From positions 1,117-65,116 of the forward strand of contig JBNASD010000004.1 in the NCBI GenBank assembly GCA_049720225.1: DNA of 64,000 bases. The letters run 5' to 3'. Both the position numbers and the translations under genes were made by a program. The notes below the pieces were generated by a model. That model was not told the DNA's origin. It saw only the letters and a list, made by a program, of their open reading frames with translations, and ran no database searches. Shown here in pieces: positions 27,758-36,971 of the stretch; positions within the stretch are counted from its first letter, which is position 1; each line of letters begins with the position of its first letter. This stretch comes from Microgenomates group bacterium. GTDB taxonomy: Bacteria; Patescibacteriota; Microgenomatia; PFEM01; JBNASD01.

Positions 27758-28598
27758 GGTAGAGACTATTAAAAGGATATTAGAAAAAACAATCGTAGGA
27801 AAAACGATTATTGATGTAGAGGTAAGAAAAGCGAAAATTTTTCAGGGCGAGCCCAAAGAAGTAATAGGAGAAACAATAAAAAAAATTGAGAGGCGAGGAA
27901 AGATGATTATTATTTGGCTTTCGGGAGATAAGGTATTGTTGATTCATCTTAAACTTACTGGTCAATTAATTTGGGTGTCAAATGCAGGAAAAAGCGTAAG
28001 TTTTGATTATCCTATTCCTTTTGCCGGAAAAGTTTTACCCGGCAAAACTACTCATGTGATTTTTAAGATTAATGGTGGAAAGCTTTTTTATAACGACTTA
28101 CGTCAGTTTGGGTGGATTAAGGTAATATCAAATAGCAAATCTCAAATAACAAAGATAATAGATAAAATTGGCATTGAGCCTTTTGATAAAAAATTTACCG
28201 AGGAATATCTTCAACAAATTTTTTCTCGAACTAGCAAACCCATAAAACTAGTTTTAATGGATCAGGAAAAAATTGCTGGGATAGGCAATATTTACGCTAA
28301 CGAGGCGCTTTTTGAAGCGGGGATTTTACCAACTCGACCAGCAAAAAGTTTAAGTAAGGAAGAAATTAAAAAACTAAGAAAAGCAATTTTATTGGTTTTA
28401 GAGGAAGGAATAAAATATGGTGGTTCTTCGGCGGCAGATGAAGCCTATATTAAGCCTACAGGCGAACCAGGAAGATATCAGCAACATTTTCGCGTTTATC
28501 AACGAAAAGGAGAAAAATGCCGAAAATGTAAAGCTATTATTGAAAGAGTTAATTTAGGAGGTCGGGGGACTTTTTGGTGTCCAAAGTGCCAGAAATAA
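27741..28598 (+). CDS. mutM: Formamidopyrimidine-DNA glycosylase (Fpg/Nei family)
   Basis: N-terminal MPELPEVE, the H2TH region, and a C-terminal zinc finger CRKC...CPKCQ. Confidence 0.85.
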   Translation: MPELPEVETIKRILEKTIVGKTIIDVEVRKAKIFQGEPKEVIGETIKKIERRGKMIIIWLSGDKVLLIHLKLTGQLIWVSNAGKSVSFDYPIPFAGKVLPGKTTHVIFKINGGKLFYNDLRQFGWIKVISNSKSQITKIIDKIGIEPFDKKFTEEYLQQIFSRTSKPIKLVLMDQEKIAGIGNIYANEALFEAGILPTRPAKSLSKEEIKKLRKAILLVLEEGIKYGGSSAADEAYIKPTGEPGRYQQHFRVYQRKGEKCRKCKAIIERVNLGGRGTFWCPKCQK

Positions 28599-28738
28599 AA
28601 AATTCCAATATTCAAAACTCCAATATTTTCAAAAGTAATTTAAAATTGAAAATTTTTAGATTTTATATTTTAGTTTTTAGTTTACTTTGAATATTCGAAC
28701 ATTTAAATATTTAAAATTTATTTATGAGGTTAGAATAA

Positions 28739-29815
28739 TTGGAAATTATGGTAATTAATTCTCTTCTTCTTCAGAATTTCCGAAGTTATATTCGTAAGGA
28801 ATTTAATTTTTCTTCGGGAACAAATTTATTAGTTGGTCCAAATGCTTCAGGAAAAACTAATTTATTAGAAGCAATTTATCTTTTAGCGACCGGAAAAAGT
28901 TTTCGGGCAGAAGTAGAAGAAGAAATGATTAATTATCAATCTCAAATTGCCAATATTAAAGGCCAAATTTTTGATGAAAAAGAAAGCAAGGAATTGGAAG
29001 TAATTTTAACGAGGGGAGAAATTCAAGGAAGAAGGGTGGCTAAAAAAATTTATAAAGTTAATGGTATCAATCGACGAATGATTGATTTTGTGGGTAATTT
29101 ACGGGTAGTTTATTTTGGACCAGAAGATTTAGAAATTATCGTTAATTCGCCGGCAACAAGAAGGAATTATTTAGATGCAGTTTTGGAACAAGTTGATAAA
29201 GAATATCGGCGGGCAAATCTTTCTTATCAAAAGGGACTTCGCCAAAGAAATAAATTATTAGAACAAATAAGAGAAGAAGGGAGACCTCGTTCAATTTTGT
29301 ATTTTTGGGACAAATTACTTATAAGCAATGGAGAAATTATTACCAAAAAAAGAGAAGAATTAATAAATTTTATTAATCAACAGCCAGAATATTTTGGAAA
29401 AATTTTTTTGGAATATAAACCAAGTATTATTTCACCTCAAAGACTAGAAAAATATGCCGAAAAAGAAGTGATGGCGGGGATGACGCTAATTGGTCCTCAT
29501 CGAGATGATTTTATAGTGGAAATTCAGGAAGGGAAAGATAAAGTGCGAAATCTTCATATTTTTGGAAGTCGGGGTGAGCAACGGTTAGCTGTTTTTTGTT
29601 TGAAATTAGCAGAAATGGAGTTTATTAATAAAAAAACTGGCCAACTACCAGTTCTTTTACTTGACGATATTTTTTCTGAACTAGACGATAAACATCGAAT
29701 TGAACTTTTAAAAGTTATTCCTCGGCAACAAACAATTATTACGACTACCGATTTAAATTTAGTTGATGTAGAATTAAGAAAAAAGATATTTTTAATTAAT
29801 TTCAATCAGCTATAA
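28739..29815 (+). CDS. recF: DNA replication and repair protein RecF
   Basis: LLLQNFRSY...GPNASGKTNLLEAIYLLATGKSFR (Walker A) and LLLDDIFSELD (Walker B / D-loop). Confidence 0.85.
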   Translation: MEIMVINSLLLQNFRSYIRKEFNFSSGTNLLVGPNASGKTNLLEAIYLLATGKSFRAEVEEEMINYQSQIANIKGQIFDEKESKELEVILTRGEIQGRRVAKKIYKVNGINRRMIDFVGNLRVVYFGPEDLEIIVNSPATRRNYLDAVLEQVDKEYRRANLSYQKGLRQRNKLLEQIREEGRPRSILYFWDKLLISNGEIITKKREELINFINQQPEYFGKIFLEYKPSIISPQRLEKYAEKEVMAGMTLIGPHRDDFIVEIQEGKDKVRNLHIFGSRGEQRLAVFCLKLAEMEFINKKTGQLPVLLLDDIFSELDDKHRIELLKVIPRQQTIITTTDLNLVDVELRKKIFLINFNQL

Positions 29816-29845
29816 ATTAAAATTATAAAAAATATAGGGTTTTAA

Positions 29846-30748
29846 ATGGGAGAAGAATTTAATCTCCAGGAATTAAAAAAGCTTTTTAAGCCCTTACCAA
29901 AATCTAAAAAAGAAGATAATGGAAAAGTAACAATAATCGGCGGTTCTTTTCTTTTTCACGGAGCACCAATTTTGGCGTTAAAAGTGGCCACACGATTGGT
30001 TGATATGGTATTTTTTTCTTCTCCTGAGTCTTCCATCGGTAGAGTGGCAGAAAGAATCAAAAGCAAACTGGGAGCTTTTATTTGGGTTCCTTTTGAAGAA
30101 GTGGAAGATTATATTGCTAAGTCTGAGGCAGTGTTAATTGGTCCTGGTTTTATGCGTTTTCGAAAAGAAAGCCAAAGCCAAAAATGTCAAAAGGAAAAGG
30201 TGTGTGACGATGAGGGTTTAAAAACAAAAAAAATAACCGAAACTTTATTACAAAAATTTCCCCAAAAACAGTGGGTTATTGACGCCGGAAGTTTACAAAC
30301 AATGGAGGCAAAATATATTCCGAAAAACGCAATTTTAACTCCTAACCAAAAAGAATTTGAAATGTTATTTAATTTTAAACTTCAACCTTTTAATCCCCAG
30401 GAAAACAACCAAATCACAGGAGAAAATTTAAATTTAATAAAAAAAATGGCAGAAAAATATAATTGTATTATTGTTTTAAAACTGGCGGAAACAATTGTTT
30501 GTTCTCCTCAAAAGTGTGTATTAATTAAAGGAGGAAATGCAGGATTAACCAAAGGAGGAACGGGAGATGTTCTGGCCGGTTTAACCGTTGGTTTAGCGGC
30601 GAAAAACGAACCATTTTTAGCTGCTTGTGTTGCCAGTTGGATTTTAAAAAAATCAGCGGATGAGCTTTATCAGGAGGTTGGTTTTGCTTATAATGCTGAT
30701 GATTTGGCCGAAAAAGTCCCTAAAGTTTTGGGAAGGTATTGGCGATAA
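29846..30748 (+). CDS. ADP-dependent NAD(P)H-hydrate dehydratase (YjeF C-terminal / NnrD)
   Basis: GGTGDVLAGLTVGLAA motif of the ribokinase-like YjeF-C domain. Confidence 0.7.
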   Translation: MGEEFNLQELKKLFKPLPKSKKEDNGKVTIIGGSFLFHGAPILALKVATRLVDMVFFSSPESSIGRVAERIKSKLGAFIWVPFEEVEDYIAKSEAVLIGPGFMRFRKESQSQKCQKEKVCDDEGLKTKKITETLLQKFPQKQWVIDAGSLQTMEAKYIPKNAILTPNQKEFEMLFNFKLQPFNPQENNQITGENLNLIKKMAEKYNCIIVLKLAETIVCSPQKCVLIKGGNAGLTKGGTGDVLAGLTVGLAAKNEPFLAACVASWILKKSADELYQEVGFAYNADDLAEKVPKVLGRYWR

Positions 30749-30769
30749 ACTTGTTTTTTTCCGCAAAAT

Positions 30770-31858
30770 TTGCCATTATTAAATAAAATGTACTCGCCAA
30801 AATTTACTATTACCAATGATATTCTTTTAAATATTGGATTAATTGAGGCAGCCAGAGAAGTGATTAAAAATGCTCCTTTAATTCCTGTTTATGAGGCACG
30901 TTTTGTGAAAGATGCGATTGTAAGAACAGTCCATCATGGCACTCATTTAGAAGGAAACGATTTAACTTTAGCGGAAACAAAAAGGATTATTGAGGGAGAA
31001 AATATTTTAAGTGGTCATCGTGATGTTCAGGAAGTAATTAATTACCGAAAAGTTTTAGAATATCTTGATGAATTAGAAAAAGAAGCTAAAGAAGGATTTT
31101 ATTATAATTCACAAATTTTAAAAAAAATTAATGAAATTGTTTGCGAAAGAATTCCTTTAGAAGGTGAAACTAAGCCAGGAGAGTTTCGTTCTGTTCAAGT
31201 CGTTTTAAAAGACGAAAGAACAGGGGAGGTAGTTTTTCGCCCGCCGCCAGCAATTGAAGTCCCTTTTTTGGTAGAAAGTTTTTTAGATTGGTTAAATTCT
31301 CCCGAAGGAAAAAAAATTCATCCGGTTTTAAGAGCGGGAATTGCTCATTATTTTTTAGTCGCTTGTCACCCTTTTGTTGAAGGAAACGGAAGAACCGCGC
31401 GAGCTTTTGCTACCTTAATTTTGTTTTTGGAAGGCTATGATATTAAAAAGTTTTTTTCGTTAGAGGAATATTTTGATAAAGATGCCCATCGTTATTATCA
31501 AGCATTAACTTTAGCCGATCAGTCAGGTCCGCTAGAGGAAAGGGATTTAACTCCTTGGTTAGAGTATTTTACCCAAGCAATGGCAGTAGAATTAACCAGA
31601 ATTAAAGAACAAGTTAAAAGACTTTCTTTAGATGTTAAGGTAAAAAGTAAAGTAGGATATCAGATTCCTTTAAATTCTCGTCAAGTAAGATTAATGGAAT
31701 ATCTAGAGGAAAAAGGATCAATTACTACCCAAGAGGCAAGAAGATTAATTCCTGAATATTCCGAAGATACTTTATTAAGAGATTTAAATTATTTTGTTTC
31801 CCAAGGAATTGCCAAAAAACAAGGAAAAACAAAGGGAGCTCGTTATATGTTAAAATAA
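30770..31858 (+). CDS. Fic/Fido-family protein (AMPylator-type) with C-terminal wHTH
   Basis: HPFVEGNGRTARAF matches the Fic motif HPFx(D/E)GNGR exactly. The N-terminal region contains HLEGN, a possible class II-type inhibitory helix motif. Confidence 0.8.
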   Translation: MPLLNKMYSPKFTITNDILLNIGLIEAAREVIKNAPLIPVYEARFVKDAIVRTVHHGTHLEGNDLTLAETKRIIEGENILSGHRDVQEVINYRKVLEYLDELEKEAKEGFYYNSQILKKINEIVCERIPLEGETKPGEFRSVQVVLKDERTGEVVFRPPPAIEVPFLVESFLDWLNSPEGKKIHPVLRAGIAHYFLVACHPFVEGNGRTARAFATLILFLEGYDIKKFFSLEEYFDKDAHRYYQALTLADQSGPLEERDLTPWLEYFTQAMAVELTRIKEQVKRLSLDVKVKSKVGYQIPLNSRQVRLMEYLEEKGSITTQEARRLIPEYSEDTLLRDLNYFVSQGIAKKQGKTKGARYMLK

Positions 31859-31868
31859 GATTAATTTA

Positions 31869-32063
31869 ATGAAGGCCACCGATCCGCAGTTTTTGTATAT
31901 GGTTTTGGTTTTGCCAACTTTGTTTGGATTGACGTTAATCGGAGAGGGATTAAACAAAATTTTAAAAGACGAAAAACAAGGCTGGATTTCTGTTGTTTTT
32001 GGAGTAGTTTTTATTTGGGTGGTAATTTTTGCTTTTATTTTCTTCTCTAATTATCTAAAATGA
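31869..32063 (+). CDS. Small hypothetical membrane protein (64 aa, 2 TM)
   Basis: Two hydrophobic helices. Overlaps the ligase start by 4 nt. Confidence 0.35.
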   Translation: MKATDPQFLYMVLVLPTLFGLTLIGEGLNKILKDEKQGWISVVFGVVFIWVVIFAFIFFSNYLK

Positions 32064-33832
32064 CCTTTTCTAATTTAGCAGAATATTTTTCTGCCTTAGA
32101 AAAAACAACCTTGCGGTTGAAAATTACGGAAATATTGGCAGAAATTTTAAATAAGGTTTCTTTAAATGAAGTAGATAAAATTTGTTATCTTTCTTTAGGG
32201 CGATTAGCTCCCTTGTATGCAGGAATTGAGTTTAACTTGGCGGAAAAATTGATGATTAAAGCAATAAGTCAGGCTTTTAATTTAGAAGAAAAGGAAATCA
32301 AAAAAATTTATAAATCTTTAGGAGATTTAGGGGATGTTGTTTATTATTTAAAAGGCGGTAAAGAGAAAAAAGGAGAAAAAAATTTTTCCGTAGAAGAAAT
32401 TTATCAACGTCTTCAAGAGATTGCCCAAGAGTCAGGTGAAGGTTCGGTAGAAAGAAAAATTAGCAAAATGGCTAATTTAATAATTGATTTAGATCCGTTA
32501 AGTGCCAAATATACTGTAAGAATTCCTTTAGGAAGATTGCGTTTGGGTTTTTCTGAATTAACAATTTTGGACGCCCTATCTTGGATGTTAGTAGGCGATA
32601 AAAGGTTAAGGGGAGAAATTGAGTCTGCTTATAATGTCTTAGCGGATGTAGGAAAAATTGCCCAGGAAATTAAAAAACAGAAATCAGGTTTGCCCCAAAA
32701 AGAAATAGAGGAAAAAATTAAGGAAAAACTTAAGGAAATTAAACCTCAATTAGGAGTCCCGATTATGCCTTCTTTATGTCAACGGTTGCCTACCCCTGAA
32801 GAAATGATAAAAAAGATGGGAAAAGTAGCAGCAGAACCAAAATTTGATGGTACTCGTCTTCAACTTCATTGGCAAAAAGGAGGGAAAGTATGGATTTTTA
32901 CGCGTAATTTGGAAAATGTTACAACAATGTTTCCCGATATCGTTGAAGCTTCAAAAAAAGAAATTAAAGCTAATCAAGTAATTTTAGATGGAGAGGCGAT
33001 TGGTTATGATCCAAAAAGTGGTAAATTTCTTCCTTTTCAAGAGACGATTAAAAGAAAAAGAAAATACGAAGTAGATCAAAAAGCAAAAGAAATTCCTTTA
33101 AAATATTTTGTATTTGATATTTTGTATAAAGACGGAAAAAGCCTTTTAAATTTACCATTAAAAAAAAGAAGAGAAATTTTAAATCAAGTATTAAAAAAAG
33201 ATAATCAAAGAATTGTCCTTACTCCTCAGATAATTACCGAAGATCCCAATGAACTTCGCAAGTTTCATGATCAACAAATAAAAGCAGGATTAGAAGGAGC
33301 GGTGGTAAAAAAATGGCAATCTTTTTATCAACCAGGACGGAGAGGTTATAATTGGGTTAAATTTAAGGCAGAAAAGAAAGGAAAAAAAGGAGGGGGTTTA
33401 GCGGATACTTTGGATTGCTTGGTGATGGGCTTATATAAAGGAAAAGGAAAAAGAGCTAGTTTCGGGGTTGGCGCCTTTTTAGTGGGGGTTAAAAAATCGG
33501 AAAAAGTAGAGGAATTTTTAACCATTTCTAAAATTGGTACTGGTTTAAGTGACGAACAATGGAAAGAATTAGAGGAAAGAGGAGAAAAATTAAAAGCGGT
33601 TAAGAAACCAGAGGGATATAAAGTGGATAAAAATTTAACTCCCGATATTTGGCTTATTCCTTCTTTAGTGGTAGAGGTGGAAGCAGATAATATTACTCTT
33701 TCGCCGGTTCATACTGCCGGAATGGCCTTGCGCTTTCCTCGGTTATTGCGCTTTCGTGATGACAAGTTTCCTCAACAAGTAACCACTTTGAAGGAAGTAA
33801 AAAAACTTTATGAAATGCAAACAAAAATTTAA
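32060..33832 (+). CDS. ATP-dependent DNA ligase (archaeal/eukaryotic-type, with N-terminal DNA-binding domain)
   Basis: Motif I KFDGTRLQLHW (KxDG adenylation lysine) and the EGAVVK motif. 590 aa. Confidence 0.8.
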   Translation: MTFSNLAEYFSALEKTTLRLKITEILAEILNKVSLNEVDKICYLSLGRLAPLYAGIEFNLAEKLMIKAISQAFNLEEKEIKKIYKSLGDLGDVVYYLKGGKEKKGEKNFSVEEIYQRLQEIAQESGEGSVERKISKMANLIIDLDPLSAKYTVRIPLGRLRLGFSELTILDALSWMLVGDKRLRGEIESAYNVLADVGKIAQEIKKQKSGLPQKEIEEKIKEKLKEIKPQLGVPIMPSLCQRLPTPEEMIKKMGKVAAEPKFDGTRLQLHWQKGGKVWIFTRNLENVTTMFPDIVEASKKEIKANQVILDGEAIGYDPKSGKFLPFQETIKRKRKYEVDQKAKEIPLKYFVFDILYKDGKSLLNLPLKKRREILNQVLKKDNQRIVLTPQIITEDPNELRKFHDQQIKAGLEGAVVKKWQSFYQPGRRGYNWVKFKAEKKGKKGGGLADTLDCLVMGLYKGKGKRASFGVGAFLVGVKKSEKVEEFLTISKIGTGLSDEQWKELEERGEKLKAVKKPEGYKVDKNLTPDIWLIPSLVVEVEADNITLSPVHTAGMALRFPRLLRFRDDKFPQQVTTLKEVKKLYEMQTKI

Positions 33833-33847
33833 CCATTGACTTTTGCA

Positions 33848-33856
33848 TGGTAAAAT
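33848..33856 (+). promoter_or_regulatory. Extended -10 promoter element (TGgTAAAAT) upstream of rplY
   Basis: TGn followed by TAAAAT, 44 nt upstream of the start codon. The TTGACT upstream is too close to serve as the -35 element. Confidence 0.35.
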
Positions 33857-33899
33857 CTTAAAATACTTAACGTTAATTAAAAAATAAAATTTTAATAAA

Positions 33900-34592
33900 A
33901 TGACAGAAGAAAAAACCAAAAAAGAAAAAGTTGCCCTTAAAGTAGAAAAACGGACTTTATTTGGTCGAAAGGTTAAAAAACTAAGAAAAGAAGGAATTTT
34001 ACCGGCCAATATTTTTGGGGCAAAAATAAAATCGTTAGCGGTTCAACTTCCTTTAAAAGAATTTATGGATGTTTATAAAAAAGTTGGAGAAACAGGAATA
34101 GTGGAATTAAAGGTTGAAGGTGAAAAAGAAGTTAGGCCAGTATTAATTCATAATCTTCATTTTGATCCAATTACCGATTTACCCTTACATGTAGATTTTC
34201 GTCAAGTAAGCTTGAAGGAAAAAATTACCACCAATATTCCGGTAGAAGTTGTTGGTGAGTCTCCAGCAGTAGCACAAAAAATAGGAATCTTGGTGCAAAT
34301 TTTAAATGAAATTGAAGTAGAAGCTCTTCCGGGAGAATTGCCAGAAAAGTTTATAGTCGATGCTTCTCAATTAAAAGAAGTTGATCAGGCAATTACTGTT
34401 GCTGATTTAAAAATTCCTGAAGGGATAAAAATTCTTACTTCTCCTCAGCAAATTTTAGTAAAAATTGAACCGCCTGCAAAAGAAGAGGTAACCGCTCCTC
34501 CTACAGAAGAAAAACCAGTAGAAACGCCCTCAGGTGAAGAAAAACCTAAAGAGGAAAAACCGGAAGAAAAACCCTCAGAAGAGAATAAATAA
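33900..34592 (+). CDS. rplY: Ribosomal protein bL25 (Ctc-form) with low-complexity C-terminal extension
   Basis: LKVEKRTLFGRKVKKLRKEGILPANIFG matches the L25/Ctc N-terminus. The Glu/Lys/Pro-rich tail is common in long-form L25. Confidence 0.75.
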   Translation: MTEEKTKKEKVALKVEKRTLFGRKVKKLRKEGILPANIFGAKIKSLAVQLPLKEFMDVYKKVGETGIVELKVEGEKEVRPVLIHNLHFDPITDLPLHVDFRQVSLKEKITTNIPVEVVGESPAVAQKIGILVQILNEIEVEALPGELPEKFIVDASQLKEVDQAITVADLKIPEGIKILTSPQQILVKIEPPAKEEVTAPPTEEKPVETPSGEEKPKEEKPEEKPSEENK

Positions 34593-34593
34593 T

Positions 34594-35196
34594 TTATCTT
34601 AAAATTATTTTTTCTAATTCGTTAGCAAGAAGATAATTTGGATCAAGAGATAATGCTTTCTTTAACGATTCTTTTGTCTTTTCTTCTTGAGAATTTTTGT
34701 AAGTTAATACTGCTAATTGCAACCAACCATCTCGATAATTGGGGTATTTTTCTAAAATCCTTTCCCACCCATTAATAAGTTTTTTGATATCTTCTGGATC
34801 AGAATAATGTTTTTGTTGCCAAAGTTGGTTAATTTTTAAATTTGGGAAATTGAATTTTTCTGCTAAGCGAAGAATTTTTTCTGCTTTTTTAAATTGATTA
34901 TTAGCCAAAAGTTTTTCTGTTAATATTAATTGAAGTTCTGGCCTATTAGGGTTTTTAATTAACTCTTCCTTTAATTTTTGAATTTCACTTTTAGGGAAAA
35001 GGTAAGAAAGAACAAGAAGAAATAAAAGAAAAAGTATTACTCCTAAGCTTCCAAATTTTTTAGTTAATCTTTGTAATCTTTTGGCCTGAGGTTTAGTGAC
35101 TTTTCTAATCTCTCTAATCTTATCTTTCCACCAAAAATGCCACCTTTTTAAAAATTTTAAATCCTTAATTTTTCTATATTCTTTTTTCATACTCAA
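34594..35196 (-). CDS. Membrane-anchored TPR-like repeat protein
   Basis: N-terminal TM, then helical TPR-like repeats (NQFKKAEKILRLAEKF..., YRDGWLQLAVLTYKNSQEEKTKESLKKALSLDPNY). 8 nt downstream of the LanM-like gene. Confidence 0.45.
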   Translation of the reverse strand: MSMKKEYRKIKDLKFLKRWHFWWKDKIREIRKVTKPQAKRLQRLTKKFGSLGVILFLLFLLVLSYLFPKSEIQKLKEELIKNPNRPELQLILTEKLLANNQFKKAEKILRLAEKFNFPNLKINQLWQQKHYSDPEDIKKLINGWERILEKYPNYRDGWLQLAVLTYKNSQEEKTKESLKKALSLDPNYLLANELEKIILR

Positions 35197-35203
35197 AAGT
35201 ATA

Positions 35204-36775
35204 TCATAAATAATTTCTTAGTGACGACAAAATTTTCTTAGTCTGAATTTCCAAATCTTTTTTAGAAAGAGAAAAAAGTTTTTTTTCTAATTCTTCTAAT
35301 CCGGTAGAGTTGAAAAAATTTTTATAACAATTTCCCTCTTCATCATAAAGATGGGGCTTAGTGATTTCTGTGTAAAAATAAGGAACATTTAAGTTCATAA
35401 TTTCTTTAACTTCATAGGGAATTAGTTTTTTTACCCTAGGATCTTGATTTCCTAAACCGCTTTTTAATTTTTTAGTAATAAATTTTAAATAATTATTATT
35501 TTTTAAGTTAGACGGTTGAAGAAGATTTTGAATAAAAAAAATATAAATAGAAGTTGGCCGAATAATTTGCCTTAATTTAAGAGGAGAAGATAAAGGTTGA
35601 GAATTTAGAAAATCTTTTATCCATTTGATAACTAAATCTTTATTTTGTTGAAAGAAGTTATAAACGTTTTCAAAACCAAGAATAATTTCTTGGCAATAAT
35701 CTTTTGGTTCAACAAGAGTTCCTTTAAAATAAAGGCGATTATGGGGAGTAAACCTACTTATTGTTTTATATCTGACGCAGATTTTATCGGTGCCATCATT
35801 TTTGGGAAAGGGAGTTAAAAGGCTAAGGCGAGGGGTACTTCCTCCTTGAAGTCCAGAGGTTTCTCCTATTTTTGATTTGCTTTTAGGATCAGAAAGAAGA
35901 CCAGTAAAGAAAATATTAGGTTTTTTTGGAAAACCCTTAAATGAGAAATGATGAAAAAAAGTTTCGGTATCTAAAAGATAAAGATTTCCTTTGTTAACTA
36001 CTAAATTATCCATATGAAGATCAGTAGCGTTTAGTATATAGCTTAAAGCAATTATTCCTCCCGCTTGATAATAGAATTTTTTAGCTTGAGATTGAGAAAT
36101 AACATTTTCATCTTTGTCGATAAAAAGACGATAAGAATAATAGTTTTTATCTAAAAAAGGAACTGTTTTAAATAAAGGCTTTCCGAAAGTCTTATTTATT
36201 TTTTCTGAGATAAAGTAAACAATTTTTTCCGAATTAGTTTGATAGGGTTTATAAACCAAAAGAAAATTGTTGTTAAATTCAAGAATCAAAGTTTGTTGAC
36301 CTTGGTGGTGCCGGTCACTATTTGGGGGGATTTTTATTTTTAAAAGATTATTTTTTTCTGAAGATAGAGAAAAAATTTTGGTTATTTCCCCCCAATCATT
36401 TATTAATCTATCAAGACAAACTTTTGTTGATTTTATGGTGGAATTAGTTAAAATAAAAAGGAAGTTTTCAAGTTGAGGATATTTAGAAAAGAAAAATTTA
36501 TCAATAGGTGCTTTTTTAACAAAAAAATCTTTATATCTTAAGTGAGAATTTTTTCCCTTAAGTTCTTTTTTAATTCGGGCGAGATTTATTTCTAAAGCGA
36601 AGGTGGGAAGAATAAATTTTTCTAATTCTTTATTTAAATAAGAATCAAGGTTATTAATAATAGAAGAATTGATGATTAATTTAGAATTTTTGTTTTGAGA
36701 CTTAAGAGAAGAAAGATAATTTTTAATTTCTCTTTTTGCTTTTTTTAAAAAAGAAGAATAAATAAGATAACGCAT
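35204..36775 (-). CDS. LanM-N-terminal-like (DUF4135-type, lipid-kinase-like) putative dehydratase-domain protein
   Basis: The ATDLHMDNLVVNKGNLYLLDTETFFHH block matches the LanM dehydratase catalytic-loop/metal-binding pattern DLHxEN...xDxE. At 523 aa it is roughly half a LanM, with no LanC-like cyclase part. The start ATG abuts the stop of the upstream Cys/Thr-rich peptide ORF. Confidence 0.45.
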   Translation of the reverse strand: MRYLIYSSFLKKAKREIKNYLSSLKSQNKNSKLIINSSIINNLDSYLNKELEKFILPTFALEINLARIKKELKGKNSHLRYKDFFVKKAPIDKFFFSKYPQLENFLFILTNSTIKSTKVCLDRLINDWGEITKIFSLSSEKNNLLKIKIPPNSDRHHQGQQTLILEFNNNFLLVYKPYQTNSEKIVYFISEKINKTFGKPLFKTVPFLDKNYYSYRLFIDKDENVISQSQAKKFYYQAGGIIALSYILNATDLHMDNLVVNKGNLYLLDTETFFHHFSFKGFPKKPNIFFTGLLSDPKSKSKIGETSGLQGGSTPRLSLLTPFPKNDGTDKICVRYKTISRFTPHNRLYFKGTLVEPKDYCQEIILGFENVYNFFQQNKDLVIKWIKDFLNSQPLSSPLKLRQIIRPTSIYIFFIQNLLQPSNLKNNNYLKFITKKLKSGLGNQDPRVKKLIPYEVKEIMNLNVPYFYTEITKPHLYDEEGNCYKNFFNSTGLEELEKKLFSLSKKDLEIQTKKILSSLRNYL

Positions 36776-36916
36776 TTAAGAACAAGTTCCTGTCGCACAA
36801 CATTTAGTGGTTCTCAACGAAGATTTTTCAATTATAGGTAATACTTTTTCTAAATCTTTAATGCCTGAAGGATCATTTTCTGGATATCTTTTTTCTTGTT
36901 CAGTTGGTCTTGACAT
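36776..36916 (-). CDS. Candidate RiPP precursor peptide (46 aa) MSRPTEQEKRYPENDPSGIKDLEKVLPIIEKSSLRTTKCCATGTCS
   Basis: Manually translated minus-strand ORF, below the ORF-track size cutoff. The C-terminal 11 residues contain 3 Cys, 4 Thr and 1 Ser. The TAA stop is directly fused to the ATG of the LanM-like gene (TAAATG). No clear SD. Confidence 0.4.
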   Translation of the reverse strand: MSRPTEQEKRYPENDPSGIKDLEKVLPIIEKSSLRTTKCCATGTCS

Positions 36917-36971
36917 AATAAAATAAAAAAATTAATATTTAATGAATAATTTATATCATTAATCAATTTAA

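Noticed and set aside
28599-28738. Direct word repeats (tccaatatt x2) and a ttcgaa-centred palindrome in the mutM-recF intergenic region
   Set aside because: Too short and AT-rich to distinguish from chance in this composition. There is no flanking evidence for a regulatory role.
33834-33839. TTGACT as the -35 element for the rplY promoter
   Set aside because: The spacer to the -10 element is only about 11 nt. Only the extended -10 (TGgTAAAAT) is reported.
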